Assembly: GCA_965203905.1 (NCBI GenBank)
Contig: CBDBDQ010000005.1
Location: 3,680,001-3,744,000, forward strand
Direction of reading: 5' to 3'
DNA from: Spirochaetia bacterium
Lineage (GTDB): Bacteria; Spirochaetota; Spirochaetia; SZUA-6; Bin103
Length of the DNA: 64,000 bases
Part shown: positions 38,283 through 49,843 of the stretch, piece by piece
How the letters are laid out: each line of letters starts with the position of its first letter
Numbering within the stretch: position 1 is the stretch's first letter
Made by a program: the position numbers and the translations under genes
Notes under the pieces: generated by a model
Database searches by the model: none
What the model was told of the DNA's origin: nothing
The model's input: the letters and a program-made list of their open reading frames with translations, nothing else

Positions 38283-40021
38283 AGCCTTCGTTCACGCTCT
38301 ACCGGCGCTTTATCACCCGCTACCTTGCCCACTGCCGGGGGCAGGTCGCGCTGCTCGCGGCCATGCTGCTGGCGCACACCGTGGCCAGTGTGTATGCCCC
38401 GCAACTGCTGCGCGGCTTCATCGACGGCGTGATGGCGCACCGTGCCACGGAGCAGTTGGCGGCGGTCGCGGCCCTGTTCCTGGCGGTAGCGGCGGGACGG
38501 CAGGTCAGCCGCGGCCTCGCCGCGTATCTCAGTGAGAGCGTGGCCTGGAGCGCCACCAACCGGCTGCGCAGCGACCTGCTGCGCCACACCGTGGGGCTCG
38601 ATTTGAGCTTCGTCAACCGCCATGCGCCGGGGGTCATGCTGGAGCGGATCGACGGCGACAGCAATCAGCTTGCCACCTTTTTCTCGCAGTTTTCGCTGCG
38701 CCTGCTGCGCGGCGTCCTGCTGCTGGCGGGGATCCTGGTGGCGCTCCTGATAGAAGACTGGCGGCTGTGCCTGGCGCTGCTGGGATTCGTGGCGGCGGTC
38801 ACCTTCATCCTGGTGAAGCTGCGCAGCTTCGGCGTGCCCTACCACGAACGCCTGCGCGAGGCGGCGGCCAATCTGCACGGCTTCGTGGAGGAGCGCCTGG
38901 CCGGAATCGAGGACCTCAAGGCTCTCGGCGGCCTGGTGCACGCGCTGCGGCGGATGGCGTCGCTGATCGCCGTCCAGGTGCGGCGCGCCCGGCGCGCTTA
39001 CAGCCTGGGCACCCTGGTGTGGCCGGTGGTGAACGTGGTGATGGGCATCGGCAGCGGGCTGATTCTCGCCTGGGGCGGCGTGCTGGTGCTGCGCGGGGAG
39101 ATGACCATCGGCACCGTGTACTTGCTGTTCAGCTACCTCAGCCTGATGTTCTGGCCGTTCGAGGACCTGGCGGACCAGATGGAAGAGCTGCAGAAGGCGG
39201 GCGGCAGCCTGGTGCGCATCCAGCGGCTGTTCGATACCCGCGGCTCGCTGCGCGACGGCACCCACCGCATGCTCCCACCGCGCCCGGTCAGCATCGCATT
39301 CGAGAACGTAGGCTTCCGCTATCCCCACGCCGACGCCACGGATGAAGTGCTCCGCGAACTCTCGTTCCGCATCGAGGGAGGACGGTCCCTGGGAATTCTC
39401 GGCCGCACCGGGAGCGGCAAGACCACGGTGACGCGGCTGTTGGCACGGCTGTACGATCCGAGCATCGGCCGTATCACGCTGAACGGCATGGACCTGCGGC
39501 AATACCGGCTGTCGGCCCTGCGCGCCGAGATCTCCGTGGTGACCCAGGAGGTGCAGTTCTTCCGCGGCTCCATCCGCGACAACCTGTGCCTGTTCGATCC
39601 CACGATCGACGATCGACGCCTGGAGGCTGCCTTCGAGCGGCTCGGTCTGCTGCCGTGGCTCGCGCAACAGCAGGCCGGGCTGGACACCGTCATCAGCAGT
39701 ACGCAGCTCGCCCTGTCCGCGGGCGAGGCGCAGCGTCTGGCACTGGCGCGGGCGTTCCTGCGCGATCCCGCCGTCGTGGTCCTGGACGAGGCGGCCGCGC
39801 GGCTCGATCCCGTGACCGAGCGCGACGTGGAACGCGCCCTCGCGGCTCTGCTTGAGGGCCGCACCGGGGTGGTGATCGCGCACCGTCTGCGCTCGGTGGA
39901 GAAGGTCGATGACATCCTGATCCTGGAGGGCGGCAGGATCGCGGAGCACGGGCCACGCCAGGCGCTACTGGACGATCCCCGCTCGCGGCTCACCGGGCTG
40001 CTCGCAACGGGAGCCGCCTGA
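38279..40021 (+). CDS. Heterodimeric ABC exporter subunit (degenerate signature)
   Basis: TM domain plus [16 protein letters not shown] and LDEAAARLD. Confidence 0.9.
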   Translation: MKPSFTLYRRFITRYLAHCRGQVALLAAMLLAHTVASVYAPQLLRGFIDGVMAHRATEQLAAVAALFLAVAAGRQVSRGLAAYLSESVAWSATNRLRSDLLRHTVGLDLSFVNRHAPGVMLERIDGDSNQLATFFSQFSLRLLRGVLLLAGILVALLIEDWRLCLALLGFVAAVTFILVKLRSFGVPYHERLREAAANLHGFVEERLAGIEDLKALGGLVHALRRMASLIAVQVRRARRAYSLGTLVWPVVNVVMGIGSGLILAWGGVLVLRGEMTIGTVYLLFSYLSLMFWPFEDLADQMEELQKAGGSLVRIQRLFDTRGSLRDGTHRMLPPRPVSIAFENVGFRYPHADATDEVLRELSFRIEGGRSLGILGRTGSGKTTVTRLLARLYDPSIGRITLNGMDLRQYRLSALRAEISVVTQEVQFFRGSIRDNLCLFDPTIDDRRLEAAFERLGLLPWLAQQQAGLDTVISSTQLALSAGEAQRLALARAFLRDPAVVVLDEAAARLDPVTERDVERALAALLEGRTGVVIAHRLRSVEKVDDILILEGGRIAEHGPRQALLDDPRSRLTGLLATGAA

Positions 40022-40042
40022 CGCCGGCCACGTAGACCGGCC

Positions 40043-40185
40043 CTAACCCGGAAGCAACTGGACGATACGCTGCGCGGCGGCCTGCGGGCTGAGCCCGGTG
40101 GTATCGAGCACCAGATCGGGAACCAAGGCGTCCGGCCTGCGGAAGTGACCGCCGGGCAGGCCGCACAGCACCAGCAGGGTCACGT
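40043..40185 (-). pseudogene. Remnant of a small P-loop kinase-like gene
   Basis: TLLVLCGLPG joined to PDLVLDTTGLSPQAAAQRIVQLL, resembling kinase N- and C-termini with the middle lost. Confidence 0.35.
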
Positions 40186-40247
40186 CAACGGCTCCCAAGC
40201 GGCTTCCAGCGTTGGACGATAGCGCCAGTTCCACTGCAAGGCGAGTC

Positions 40248-40532
40248 TTAGGCCTGCGTGTGACCGAGCCGGTATTTGAGCTCAAAGTCATCTCGACTCA
40301 TTGAACAGTCCACCAAAGACTTGAACTCCCGATTCGATAAACCGCACTGGCGAGCCATCGTGCTTTGCATCGCAGGTTTCAGGTCCTTCGGTCTCGACCC
40401 TCGACTGAGCTTGGTCCGGATGCTAGTCTTTCGGTCGTCGGAATCGTGATAGATCAGAAACACATGGTCACCACCATGCTTCTCCCGAAATCCTTTGTTC
40501 GTGAGAGAGGCTTTGACCCTCCTCACTGGCAC
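40248..40532 (-). CDS. HicA-like toxin
   Basis: LTNKGF...GDHVFL...IRTKLSRG...MARQCGLSNREF. Confidence 0.65.
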   Translation of the reverse strand: MPVRRVKASLTNKGFREKHGGDHVFLIYHDSDDRKTSIRTKLSRGSRPKDLKPAMQSTMARQCGLSNREFKSLVDCSMSRDDFELKYRLGHTQA

Positions 40533-41035
40533 TCAATCACCTCGAAGTCTCGGAGCATTCGTTGCTTGATCTGGCGTGCATCCTCGGTCAGGTTTGCGTC
40601 GTTTGCCAATGCATACTCTTGCCATAAGAGTACGCACATTGCGTTGGCCGTGCTGATGAGTTCTTGATAATTTTCGGCCAGGTCAACGAAGCTGATGTCT
40701 GGTGCAGACCAGTGCAAACCGTCGGTGTCCCACTCTACTTTCGCAAGCAGAGGTCTCTTGCGGCGCAGACAACTACCGTCTCCGAGGTTTATCGAGTCCT
40801 GCAACTCAATCTCGAACCGCAATACTTCTGGAGGTTTCTTCAGCTGATAGAGTCGTTCGATATACCTGAGGATCGCGTCCCTGAATTTGGCCTCCGATGG
40901 ATGCTCTGTAGGAGACATAATCTGGACCTCAACATTTCCCCACCGTACTACATGGTGCCACCTGTGGCCGTCTCTGTCAGCCTTTACGCTGCGTGGCTCG
41001 ATGGCCTCAGTCGGAAGGACTCCAAGAAGGTTCAT
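40523..41035 (-). CDS. Hypothetical protein with a HicB-like C-terminal domain
   Basis: C-terminal AENYQELI...LWQEYALANDANLTEDA; overlaps the HicA-like start; lower GC. Confidence 0.5.
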   Translation of the reverse strand: MNLLGVLPTEAIEPRSVKADRDGHRWHHVVRWGNVEVQIMSPTEHPSEAKFRDAILRYIERLYQLKKPPEVLRFEIELQDSINLGDGSCLRRKRPLLAKVEWDTDGLHWSAPDISFVDLAENYQELISTANAMCVLLWQEYALANDANLTEDARQIKQRMLRDFEVIECQ

Positions 41036-41409
41036 CCTTTCGTTTCATCCGAAACCATGCGACCCTCATAATCAAACTGAAACCCAATGTCCAGCAGGGC
41101 GTTCTGAGTCTCATCTATGTCAGAATCCGGCAAGTAGTATTGCTGCGGCCCCCCAGGTATTCCACTCACGTATCCTATCTGATCGGCCGCTGTTCGCAGC
41201 AGGGTGACGGGCGGTACGCTCAGCAGCGTAATGGTAACGGCTGACAGTCCAACATCGATGTTCGGTGTGAACGGCTTGAAACCACGGGACCTGAGCACAC
41301 GGTGAACGTCGCCGGGCGACCACGTGAATGGGGCATCGTAAGATCGGTGACTGTGACGGTCATCCAAATCTAACACAACGGTTAACGTCGGCTTGGGTGG
41401 GGAGCCCAT
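41032..41409 (-). CDS. Hypothetical protein, first gene of the lower-GC triplet
   Basis: GAGGA RBS; ATGA overlap with the downstream ORF. Confidence 0.5.
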   Translation of the reverse strand: MGSPPKPTLTVVLDLDDRHSHRSYDAPFTWSPGDVHRVLRSRGFKPFTPNIDVGLSAVTITLLSVPPVTLLRTAADQIGYVSGIPGGPQQYYLPDSDIDETQNALLDIGFQFDYEGRMVSDETKG

Positions 41410-41578
41410 CTCGGTCCTCCGGTCGGCCACCTGGTCATGGTGTGTGGTGGTTCCGCCGACCCACATCAGAGACTATACTTGATGTCGCCGAAGAACAACA
41501 ACATCAGGAATCCATCCATAGTGATGAGCTTCCTGACAGAGGTTGAGTACGGCTGGGTTTGGCGGCAGAGTACGCGCC

Positions 41579-42898
41579 ATGAGCCGCCCCAACATCGTCT
41601 ACCTGCACTCCCATGACACCGGCCGCTACGTGGAGCCCTACGGCTACGGCATCAGGACGCCGAACATTCAGCGCCTGGCCGAGCAGGGCATGCTGTTCCG
41701 CCAGGCGCACAACGCGGCGCCTACCTGCTCGCCGAGCCGCGCCGCCCTGCTCACCGGGATGTGTCCGCACAGCGCCGGCCAGTTCGGGCTGGTGAATCGC
41801 GGCTTCGAGCTGCCCGATCCACGCCACCACCTGGTGCACACGTTGCGCGCGGCGGGCTATCACACCACCCTGGCCGGGGTGCAGCACGTGCGCTGGGACC
41901 CGCGCACCATCGGCTACCATCAGATCCTGCAGACCGGCGGCCGCCTGGCGCGTGACGTGGCCCCGGCGGCGGTCGAGTTCCTCGCCGCGGCGCCGCAGCA
42001 GCCCTTCTTCCTGACCGTCGGCTTCAGCGAGACCCACCGCGTGTTCCCTCCCCCCGCACCGGCCGACGACGCCCGCTACCTGCGTCCCCCGGCGCCGATC
42101 CCCGACACCCCCGAGACGCGCGCCGACATGGCCGCCTACCAGGCCAGCGTCACCGCTCTGGATCAGGGCATCGGCATGGTGCTCGGTGCCCTGGAGGCCG
42201 CCGGGCTGGCGGACGACACCCTGGTGATCTGCACCACCGACCATGGGCCGGCGTTCCCGCGCATGAAGTGCAATCTGACCGACCACGGCACCGGGGTGAT
42301 GCTGATCCTGCGCGGCCCCGGCGGTTTCGACGGCGGCCGGGTGAGCGATGCGCTGGTGTCGCAGATCGACCTGTTTCCGACCCTCTGCGAGTTGCTGCAG
42401 GTCGAGCCGCCGGCGTGGCTGCAGGGGCGCTCGCTGCTGCCGCTGGCGCGCGGCGAGGCGGAGGAGATCAACGACGCGGTGTTCGCCGAGGTCAACTATC
42501 ACGGCCAGTACGAGCCGCAGCGGATGATCCGCACCCGGCGCTGGAAGTACATCCGCCGCTTCCTCGAACGCGGCGTTCCGTCGCTGGCCAACTGCGACAA
42601 CAGCCCGACCAAGGAGCTGCTGCTGGAGCACGGCTGGGGCAGCTTGCGGATGGCCGAGGAGCAGCTCTACGACCTGGTGTTCGATTCCAACGAGGCGGCC
42701 AACCTGGTGGGCGACCCGCGCCACGCCGACACCCTGGCAGAGCTGCGCACGCGGCTGGCGCGGTGGATGGAGGAGACCGATGACCCGATCCTGAAGGGGC
42801 CGATTCCCGAGCCGCCGGGCGCCACCATCAGCCCGCCCGACGACGTCGACCCGCAGGCGCTGTACGCCTACACCGAGCGGATTCCCACCTTCGGCTGA
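41579..42898 (+). CDS. Sulfatase (formylglycine-dependent, Cys type)
   Basis: PNIVYLHSHD, CSPSRAALLTG, TTDHG and EQLYDL..D.NE..NL. Confidence 0.93.
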   Translation: MSRPNIVYLHSHDTGRYVEPYGYGIRTPNIQRLAEQGMLFRQAHNAAPTCSPSRAALLTGMCPHSAGQFGLVNRGFELPDPRHHLVHTLRAAGYHTTLAGVQHVRWDPRTIGYHQILQTGGRLARDVAPAAVEFLAAAPQQPFFLTVGFSETHRVFPPPAPADDARYLRPPAPIPDTPETRADMAAYQASVTALDQGIGMVLGALEAAGLADDTLVICTTDHGPAFPRMKCNLTDHGTGVMLILRGPGGFDGGRVSDALVSQIDLFPTLCELLQVEPPAWLQGRSLLPLARGEAEEINDAVFAEVNYHGQYEPQRMIRTRRWKYIRRFLERGVPSLANCDNSPTKELLLEHGWGSLRMAEEQLYDLVFDSNEAANLVGDPRHADTLAELRTRLARWMEETDDPILKGPIPEPPGATISPPDDVDPQALYAYTERIPTFG

Positions 42899-42955
42899 CC
42901 GCAAGGCTGGGCGGTTGCCCGGACGGCGGGCCACCGTTACCTTGCGGCCACCCCC

Positions 42956-44869
42956 GTGAGCGCCGCCGCCTCAGCCGAAGCTCCATCCGCCTCCGCCGTC
43001 CCCGGCACCCTGTTCGGGATGCTGCGCCACTACCTGCACCGCCGGCGCGGGCGGGTGGCGCTGCTGGGGGTGCTGCTGCTGGCGAGCAGCGGGGCGCAGG
43101 CGCTCAACCCGCTCATCGTGCGCCACGTGCTGGACGCGGCGCTGGCGGGCGCGGCGCTCGACACCCTGGTGCTGTGGGCGCTGGCCTTCATCGGCGCAGC
43201 CACCGCGGCCCAGGGGATCTCGGTGCTCGCCACCTACCTGAGCGTGCGCATCGGCTGGCAGGCCACCAACGCCCTGCGGGTCGACCTGCTGCGCCACACC
43301 GTGGCGCTGGACCAGCGCTTTCACAACGCCCATACGCCGGGCGAGATGATCGAGCGCGTGGACGGCGACGTCACCCTGTTGAGCAACTACTTCTCCGAGT
43401 TCGTGGTGCAGATTCTCGGCAGCGTGCTGGTGATCGCCCTGGTGATGGTGGTGATCCTGCTGCAGGACTGGCGTGTCGCCGCCGTCTTCGGAGGCTTCGT
43501 GGTGGTGTCATGGGGTTTGCTGCTGAGCCTGCGCCGCATCGGCGTGGAACCGTGGCAGCAGACCCGGCAGGCGAGCGGCGAGCTGTTCGGGTTCCTGGAG
43601 GAGGCGCTGACCGGGATCGAGGACATCCACACCAGCAACGGCAAGCCGTATGTGATCCGCCGCTTCTACCGCCTCACGCGGCGCTACCTGCGGTACCAGA
43701 TCAAGGCCGGGATGCGCACCAACGTGATGGTCAACGCCTGGCTGCTGGTGGACACCGCGGGCTACGCGGTGGGGCTGGGGCTCGGAGCGCTGCTGTATCT
43801 GAACGGTCTGGCCAGCATCGGCATGGCCTACCTGGTGTTTCACTACGCCGGCATGATCTCGCGCCCGCTGCGCATGGTGGTGTTCCAGATGGAGGATTTT
43901 CAGCGTGCCGCCGCAGCGGCACAGCGCGCCGTGCGCCTGCTGGGAGAGCGCTCCGCGCTGGCGCCACGCCGCCCGCGAGCTGCCGGCTCCGAGCCTCGAG
44001 CAGCCGGCTCCGAGCTTCGGGCAGCCGGCGGTGCAGCGGCACTGCCAGGAACGGCGGAGCCGGCGGCGCCCCGTCCCGCGCCCGCGATCGCGACAGCGGG
44101 GCAACCTCCCGTGCTGCCGCCGGGCGCGTTGGCGGTGCGCTTCGACGGCGTCAGCTTCGGCTACGATCCCGCCCTGCCGGTCCTGGACGATGTCTCGCTG
44201 GAGCTGCCCGCCGGCCAAATCCTCGGTCTGATCGGCCGTACCGGCAGCGGCAAGACCACCCTGTCGCGGCTGCTGTTCCGCTTCTACGACGTGGATCGCG
44301 GCAGCGTGCGGCTCGGCGGCCACGACGTGCGCGCGCTGGACCTGGCCGCGCTACGCGGGCGGCTGGCGATGGTGAACCAGCGCGTCGACCTGGTCCACGG
44401 CTCGGTGCGCGACAACCTGACCCTGTTCGACACCTCGCTGCCCGACGCACGGATCGTCTCCGTGCTGGACGACCTGGGGCTCGGGCGCTGGTGGCGCGCC
44501 CTGCCGCGCGGGGTGCACACCGAGCTGGCCGGCCAGAACGCCGAGCTGTCGGCGGGCCAGGCGCAGCTCCTGGCCTTCGGCCGCGTGTTCCTGCTCAGCG
44601 ATCCCGGCGTGGTGGTGCTCGACGAGGCATCGTCACGGCTGGACCCCGGCACCGAGCGCTCCATCGAGCACGCCGTCGACCGGCTGGTCGCGGGCCGCAC
44701 CGCCATCATCATCGCGCACCGCCTGAGCACCGTGCTGCGCGCGGACTGGATCGCGTTGCTGGAGAACGGCCGGCTGGCCGAGTACGACCGCCGCGAGACG
44801 CTGCTGGCGGACCCGCGGTCGCGGCTGTCGCGGCTGCTGCGCCACGGTTCCACGGAGGTGCTGGAGTGA
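42956..44869 (+). CDS. Heterodimeric ABC exporter subunit (degenerate signature)
   Basis: [16 protein letters not shown] and LDEASSRLD; paralog of 38279-40021. Confidence 0.9.
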   Translation: MSAAASAEAPSASAVPGTLFGMLRHYLHRRRGRVALLGVLLLASSGAQALNPLIVRHVLDAALAGAALDTLVLWALAFIGAATAAQGISVLATYLSVRIGWQATNALRVDLLRHTVALDQRFHNAHTPGEMIERVDGDVTLLSNYFSEFVVQILGSVLVIALVMVVILLQDWRVAAVFGGFVVVSWGLLLSLRRIGVEPWQQTRQASGELFGFLEEALTGIEDIHTSNGKPYVIRRFYRLTRRYLRYQIKAGMRTNVMVNAWLLVDTAGYAVGLGLGALLYLNGLASIGMAYLVFHYAGMISRPLRMVVFQMEDFQRAAAAAQRAVRLLGERSALAPRRPRAAGSEPRAAGSELRAAGGAAALPGTAEPAAPRPAPAIATAGQPPVLPPGALAVRFDGVSFGYDPALPVLDDVSLELPAGQILGLIGRTGSGKTTLSRLLFRFYDVDRGSVRLGGHDVRALDLAALRGRLAMVNQRVDLVHGSVRDNLTLFDTSLPDARIVSVLDDLGLGRWWRALPRGVHTELAGQNAELSAGQAQLLAFGRVFLLSDPGVVVLDEASSRLDPGTERSIEHAVDRLVAGRTAIIIAHRLSTVLRADWIALLENGRLAEYDRRETLLADPRSRLSRLLRHGSTEVLE

Positions 44870-44915
44870 CCGGGTGTGGCACGCGGCGGTGCGCGACCCC
44901 GCGCGAGGCCGGCCC

Positions 44916-46727
44916 ATGAAGACCGTCAGGGCGCTGCTGCGGCTGGTGTGGTTCCGCAAGTGGAACTACCTGTTCCTCAGCATCGCCCATCTGCTGATCT
45001 TCGGGCTCTCGTTCCAGATGGTGGGACAGGTGGCGCGGGTGCTGCTGGACGAGCTGAGCGGCGACCGGCCGATGGTGTTCGGGCCCTGGCTGCTGTGCGG
45101 CGGGCTGGTCGCCATCGCCCTGGCACGCGCGGTGATCGTGTTCATCGACGTCCCGATCTACTTCCGCACCGAGTTCGCGCTCTCCTCGCTGCTGCGCAAG
45201 AACGTGATCGAGCGCACCCTGGGGCAGGCGGCCGGCCACGCCCTGCCGCACACGCCGGGGGAGGCGATCAGCCGGCTGCGCGGCGACGTGGAAGGCGTGG
45301 TGCGGCTGCTGATGGACCTCAACTTCCAGCTCGGGACGGTGGCCTTCGCGGTCGTGGGCGGGGTGACGATGCTGCGCATCGATGCCCCGTTGACCGCCCT
45401 GGTGTTCGCGCCGCTGGTGGTGATCGTGATCGCGGTGCGCGTGCTGCGGCAGCGCATCGCCCGCTACCACGAGCGGTTTCGCCGCGACACCGGCGCCGTT
45501 ACCAGCTTCATCGCCGAGCTGTACGCGGCCATTCCGGCGCTGCAGGCGCTGTCCGCCGAGCAGCGCGCGGTGCGCCGCTTCGAGCAACTCAACGCCGCCC
45601 GCCTGCAGGGCGCGATCCGCGACCAGCTCCTGACCAAGATCCTCACCTCCGGCTTCGACAACGTGGCGCAGATCGGCGCCGGCGTGATCCTGGTGGTGGC
45701 CGCCGGCGCTATCGTCGACGGCAGCTTCACGGTCGGCGACTTCTCGCTGTTCGTATACAACCTGACCTTCCTGTCGCAGCAGGCGGCCGGTGGCTTCGGC
45801 AACTTCCTGACCCGCCTGCGCCAGGTCGAGGTATCGCTGCAGCGGCTGCTGGGGATGATGGGGGGAGCGTCGGCCGATGCCCTCACCGCACCGAGCAGCA
45901 TGCACCTGCGCGGTCCGCTGCCGGAGATCCCCTACCGCCCCAAGAGCGCGGCCGACCGCTTCGAGAGCCTCACCCTCGACGCGGTCTCGTTCACCTACTC
46001 CGGGTCACCGAACGGCATCAGGGAGATCGACCTGAACATACGGCGCGGCCAGTGCGTGGCGGTGGTGGGCCGCATCGGGTCCGGCAAGTCGACGCTGCTG
46101 CGCGTGTTGCTGGGGCTGCTGGCCGCCGACTCCGGGCGCCTGCTGTGGAACGGCGCCCCGGTCACCGAGCCGGGTGCGGTGCTGGTGCCGCCGCGGGTCG
46201 CCTACACGCCGCAGGTGCCGGCCCTGCTCAGCACCCCGCTGATCGACAACGTGCTGATGGGCCTGCCGGAACGCCAGGTGGACCTGCCGGCCGCGGTGCG
46301 CGCCGCGATGCTGGAGACGGACGTGGCCACCCTGGAGCGGGGCCTGCAGACCATCGTCGGGCCGCGCGGGGTGCGGGTGTCGGGGGGCCAGGCGCAGCGC
46401 ATCGCGGCGGCGCGCATGTTCGTGCGCAACGCCGAGCTGCTGGTGGTGGACGACCTGTCGAGCGCCCTGGACGTGGAGACCGAGGCGCTGCTGTGGCACA
46501 ATCTGTTCACCCACCGCCCGGAGGTGTCCGTGATCGCGGTGTCCCACAGCCGCGCCCTGCTGCAGCGTGCGGACAGCATCGTGGTGCTGGAGGAGGGCCG
46601 GGTCGGCGCCCGCGGCAGCCTGGACGAGCTGCTAGCCGGCAGCGCCGAGATGCGGCACCTGTGGCGCGGCGCGGCGCAGCGCTCCGAGGCGCCGGCGAGT
46701 ACGGAAGATTCGACCGCGGGCCGGTAG
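44916..46727 (+). CDS. Heterodimeric ABC exporter subunit (degenerate Walker B)
   Basis: [14 protein letters not shown] and VDDLSSALD; paralog of 36492-38282. Confidence 0.9.
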   Translation: MKTVRALLRLVWFRKWNYLFLSIAHLLIFGLSFQMVGQVARVLLDELSGDRPMVFGPWLLCGGLVAIALARAVIVFIDVPIYFRTEFALSSLLRKNVIERTLGQAAGHALPHTPGEAISRLRGDVEGVVRLLMDLNFQLGTVAFAVVGGVTMLRIDAPLTALVFAPLVVIVIAVRVLRQRIARYHERFRRDTGAVTSFIAELYAAIPALQALSAEQRAVRRFEQLNAARLQGAIRDQLLTKILTSGFDNVAQIGAGVILVVAAGAIVDGSFTVGDFSLFVYNLTFLSQQAAGGFGNFLTRLRQVEVSLQRLLGMMGGASADALTAPSSMHLRGPLPEIPYRPKSAADRFESLTLDAVSFTYSGSPNGIREIDLNIRRGQCVAVVGRIGSGKSTLLRVLLGLLAADSGRLLWNGAPVTEPGAVLVPPRVAYTPQVPALLSTPLIDNVLMGLPERQVDLPAAVRAAMLETDVATLERGLQTIVGPRGVRVSGGQAQRIAAARMFVRNAELLVVDDLSSALDVETEALLWHNLFTHRPEVSVIAVSHSRALLQRADSIVVLEEGRVGARGSLDELLAGSAEMRHLWRGAAQRSEAPASTEDSTAGR

Positions 46728-46815
46728 GCGGGACGCGGCGGCGCCGGGGGGGGCGTCGGCGGCGCCGCCGCCACGATTGGGCGGCACGGCGAAGTGTGCG
46801 ACAATCGGAGCTGCG

Positions 46816-47631
46816 ATGGTCGAGCAGGTATCGGTGCTGGATTCGTTCCGGCTGGACGGGCAGGTGAGCGTGGTCACGGGCGGCAGCGAGTGGCTCGGGT
46901 TCGACGTGGCCTGCGCCCTGGCGGAGGCCGGCAGCGCGCTGGTGATCACCTCGCGTACCCAGGCCCGCGCCGAGGCGGCGGCGGCAGAGCTGGCCGACCG
47001 CTACGGCGTGGACACGCTGGGGGTGGCCGCCGACCAGGGCCGGCACGCCGAGGTGGCCGCGGCGGCGGCGCGCATCCACGGCTGGAAGGGACGCATGGAC
47101 GTGCTGGTCAACAACGCCGGCGGCGGCTCGGGGCGCAGCGAAGGCGCCCTGCTGGAACGCGATCCGGCGGTGGCGGCCGAGCTGATCAGCATCAACCTCA
47201 CCGGCGTGCTGCACTGGTGCCGGGAGGCGGCGCGCCACATGCTGCCCGCGGGCCGCGGCCGGATCATCAACATCGCCTCGATCGCCGGGATGGTGGGGCG
47301 CGACCGCTCCATGTACCACCGCAACCGGAGGACCGAGCAGCCGGTGGACTACGCCGCCGCCAAGGGGGGCGTCATCGGGCTCACCCTGGACCTGGCGGGC
47401 TCGCTGTCGCCGCGCGGGATACGGGTCAACGCAATTTCCCCCGGCGGCTTCGACAAGGGCGACCTGCCCGAGAAATTCGTCACCGATTACGCCGCCATCA
47501 CCATGCTCGGCCGGATGGGGCGCTTCGGCGCCGACCTCAAGGGGGCGGCGCTGTTCCTGGCCTCGGCGGCCTCCGACTACGTCACCGGTCACAACCTGGT
47601 GGTGGACGGCGGTTTCTCGGTGTGGAAGTAG
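46816..47631 (+). CDS. SDR family oxidoreductase
   Basis: TGGSEWLG, NNAG, YAAAK and VNAISPGG. Confidence 0.92.
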   Translation: MVEQVSVLDSFRLDGQVSVVTGGSEWLGFDVACALAEAGSALVITSRTQARAEAAAAELADRYGVDTLGVAADQGRHAEVAAAAARIHGWKGRMDVLVNNAGGGSGRSEGALLERDPAVAAELISINLTGVLHWCREAARHMLPAGRGRIINIASIAGMVGRDRSMYHRNRRTEQPVDYAAAKGGVIGLTLDLAGSLSPRGIRVNAISPGGFDKGDLPEKFVTDYAAITMLGRMGRFGADLKGAALFLASAASDYVTGHNLVVDGGFSVWK

Positions 47632-47648
47632 AGGCCTGACCCGAGGCT

Positions 47649-48707
47649 TCAGGAACCGCCCGCGGCACCGGCGGCCAGCAGGTCGCTCTCGCCCTTGAGC
47701 TGCAGCTCCCCGGCGAAGTGGCATGCGGCCTGGTGCTCGGCGCCGGCATCCGCCACCGTGTCCAGCTCCGGGCGCTCGCTCCCGCAACGGTCCTGGGCGT
47801 AGGCGCAGCGCGGGTGGAACGGGCACCCCGGCGGAATGGCGACGATCTCGGGAATGTCCCCCTCCAGCTCGATGCGCTGCAGGCGGCGGTGCGGGTCGGG
47901 CTGCGGGATCGAGGAGAACAGCGCCTCGGTATAGGGATGGCGCGGGCGGCCGAAGATCTCCTGCCGCGTCCCCATCTCCACGATGTTGCCCAGGTACATC
48001 ACCGCCACCCGCGAGGCCATGTGGCGCACCACGCTCAGGTCGTGGGTCACGAAGATGATCGCCAGGTGCATCTCGCGCTGCAGCTCCATCAGCAGGTTGA
48101 GGATCTGCGCCTGCACCGAGACGTCGAGCGCGGAGGTGGGCTCGTCGGCGAGCAGCAACTCCGGCTCCAGCGCCAGGGCGCGGGCGACGCCGATGCGCTG
48201 CCGCTGGCCGCCGGAGAAGGCGTATGGGTAGCGGTTGAGATGCTCCGGCTTGAGGCCGACGCGGACCAGCAACTCCCGCGTGCGGCGCTCGACCTCCGCC
48301 TTCGAGGACACCGCGCGGTTGATCACCAGCGGCTCGGCGACGATGCGGCGCACCGTCATGCGCGGGTTGAGCGAGGACTCGGGGTCCTGGAACACCATGC
48401 GGATCGCCTGCCGCGCGCGCTTGAGCTCGTCCCCTTCCGCCTGCGCCACGTCGGTACGTTCGCCACCGCGGTGGAAGTGGACCGTGCCGCCGGTGGGATC
48501 GACGGCGCGCACCAGGCTGCGCAGCAGGGTGGTCTTGCCGCAGCCGCTCTCGCCCACCAGGCCCACGGTCTCGCCGCGCCGCACCTGGAAGCTGACGCCG
48601 TCCACCGCCCGTACCCAGCCCACGGTCCGCCGCAGCACGCCGCGCCGGATCGGGAAGTATTTTTTCAGGTCCCGGACCTCGAGGACCAGGTCATCCGGAG
48701 CGGGCAT
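47649..48707 (-). CDS. Oligopeptide/dipeptide ABC ATP-binding subunit (OppF-like)
   Basis: [26 protein letters not shown] and HPYT. Confidence 0.94.
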   Translation of the reverse strand: MPAPDDLVLEVRDLKKYFPIRRGVLRRTVGWVRAVDGVSFQVRRGETVGLVGESGCGKTTLLRSLVRAVDPTGGTVHFHRGGERTDVAQAEGDELKRARQAIRMVFQDPESSLNPRMTVRRIVAEPLVINRAVSSKAEVERRTRELLVRVGLKPEHLNRYPYAFSGGQRQRIGVARALALEPELLLADEPTSALDVSVQAQILNLLMELQREMHLAIIFVTHDLSVVRHMASRVAVMYLGNIVEMGTRQEIFGRPRHPYTEALFSSIPQPDPHRRLQRIELEGDIPEIVAIPPGCPFHPRCAYAQDRCGSERPELDTVADAGAEHQAACHFAGELQLKGESDLLAAGAAGGS

Positions 48708-49785
48708 CCGCCTGTTCCTTCGCTGCGCCTGCGCCGGCCGCGGGACGGTCGTAGAGGTAGCAGCGCGCGTGGTGCCCGCTGCCCACCGCGACCAGCTCCG
48801 GCTCCGCGCCGTCACACACGCCCGCCATGAACTCGCCGCAGCGCTCGGCGAAGCGGCAGCCGCGCAGGCGCAGGTAGGGGTCGGGCAGCGATCCCTCGAT
48901 GGTCTGCAGCTCCGAGCCGGGCTCCACGGCGATGCTCGGTATCGACTGCAGCAGCTTCTGCGAGTAGGGGTGGCGGGGATCGTCGAACAGGTCGTACACC
49001 GAGCCGCTCTCCACGATCCGCCCCAGGTACATCACGTTCACCCGGTCCGCCAGCTCCGCGATCACCCCGAGGTTGTGGGTGATGAACAGGATCGCCATGC
49101 CGGTCTGCCCCTGCAGTTCCTTGAGCAGCCCCAGCACCTTGGCCTGGATGGTGACGTCGATGGCGGTGGTGGGCTCGTCGGCGATCAGCAACTGCGGCTC
49201 GCCGGAGATCGCGATGGCGATCAGGGCGCGCTGGCGCATGCCCCCGCTGAGCTCGAACACGTAGGCGTCGATCAGCTTCTCGGGACTCGGAATGCCCACC
49301 TGCCGCAGCAGCTCGATGCCGCGCTCCCGCGCCTCGTCGTCGCCGAGGCCGGCGTGGTACAGCTTGAGCGCCTCGATGAGCTGGTCGCCCACCGTGTGCA
49401 CGGGGCTGAGCGCGCTCATCGGCTCCTGGAAGATCATGGCGATCTCCTGGCCGCGGAAGCGGCGCAGCTCCGCGCTCTTGGGGCTGAGCCGCGCCAGGTC
49501 GACCGGCTGCTCCGCCGCAACGCCGGAGTAGAGGATGCTGCCCCCGACTACGGCCCCCGGCGGCGGCACGATGCCGAGGATGGAGCGCGCGGTGATCGAC
49601 TTGCCGCAGCCGCTCTCGCCCACCAGACCCACCACCTCGCCGCGGTGGATGTCGAACGACACGTCGTCCACCGCGTGCACCGTTCCCAGCGTGGTGCGGA
49701 AGTGAGTCCTGAGATTGCGTACGCTCAGCAGCGGCGGTCCCATACCTCGGTGCGCCAGTATGGGAGCACCGCCGTGAGCTGTCAA
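48691..49785 (-). CDS. Oligopeptide/dipeptide ABC ATP-binding subunit (OppD-like)
   Basis: [16 protein letters not shown] and ADEPTTAID. Confidence 0.94.
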   Translation of the reverse strand: MTAHGGAPILAHRGMGPPLLSVRNLRTHFRTTLGTVHAVDDVSFDIHRGEVVGLVGESGCGKSITARSILGIVPPPGAVVGGSILYSGVAAEQPVDLARLSPKSAELRRFRGQEIAMIFQEPMSALSPVHTVGDQLIEALKLYHAGLGDDEARERGIELLRQVGIPSPEKLIDAYVFELSGGMRQRALIAIAISGEPQLLIADEPTTAIDVTIQAKVLGLLKELQGQTGMAILFITHNLGVIAELADRVNVMYLGRIVESGSVYDLFDDPRHPYSQKLLQSIPSIAVEPGSELQTIEGSLPDPYLRLRGCRFAERCGEFMAGVCDGAEPELVAVGSGHHARCYLYDRPAAGAGAAKEQADARSG

Positions 49786-49843
49786 ACCGGCGCGCCTCCC
49801 GGCCTTCCCGGCCTCGCCGGCCTCGCCGGCAGCCGGCGCCGGG

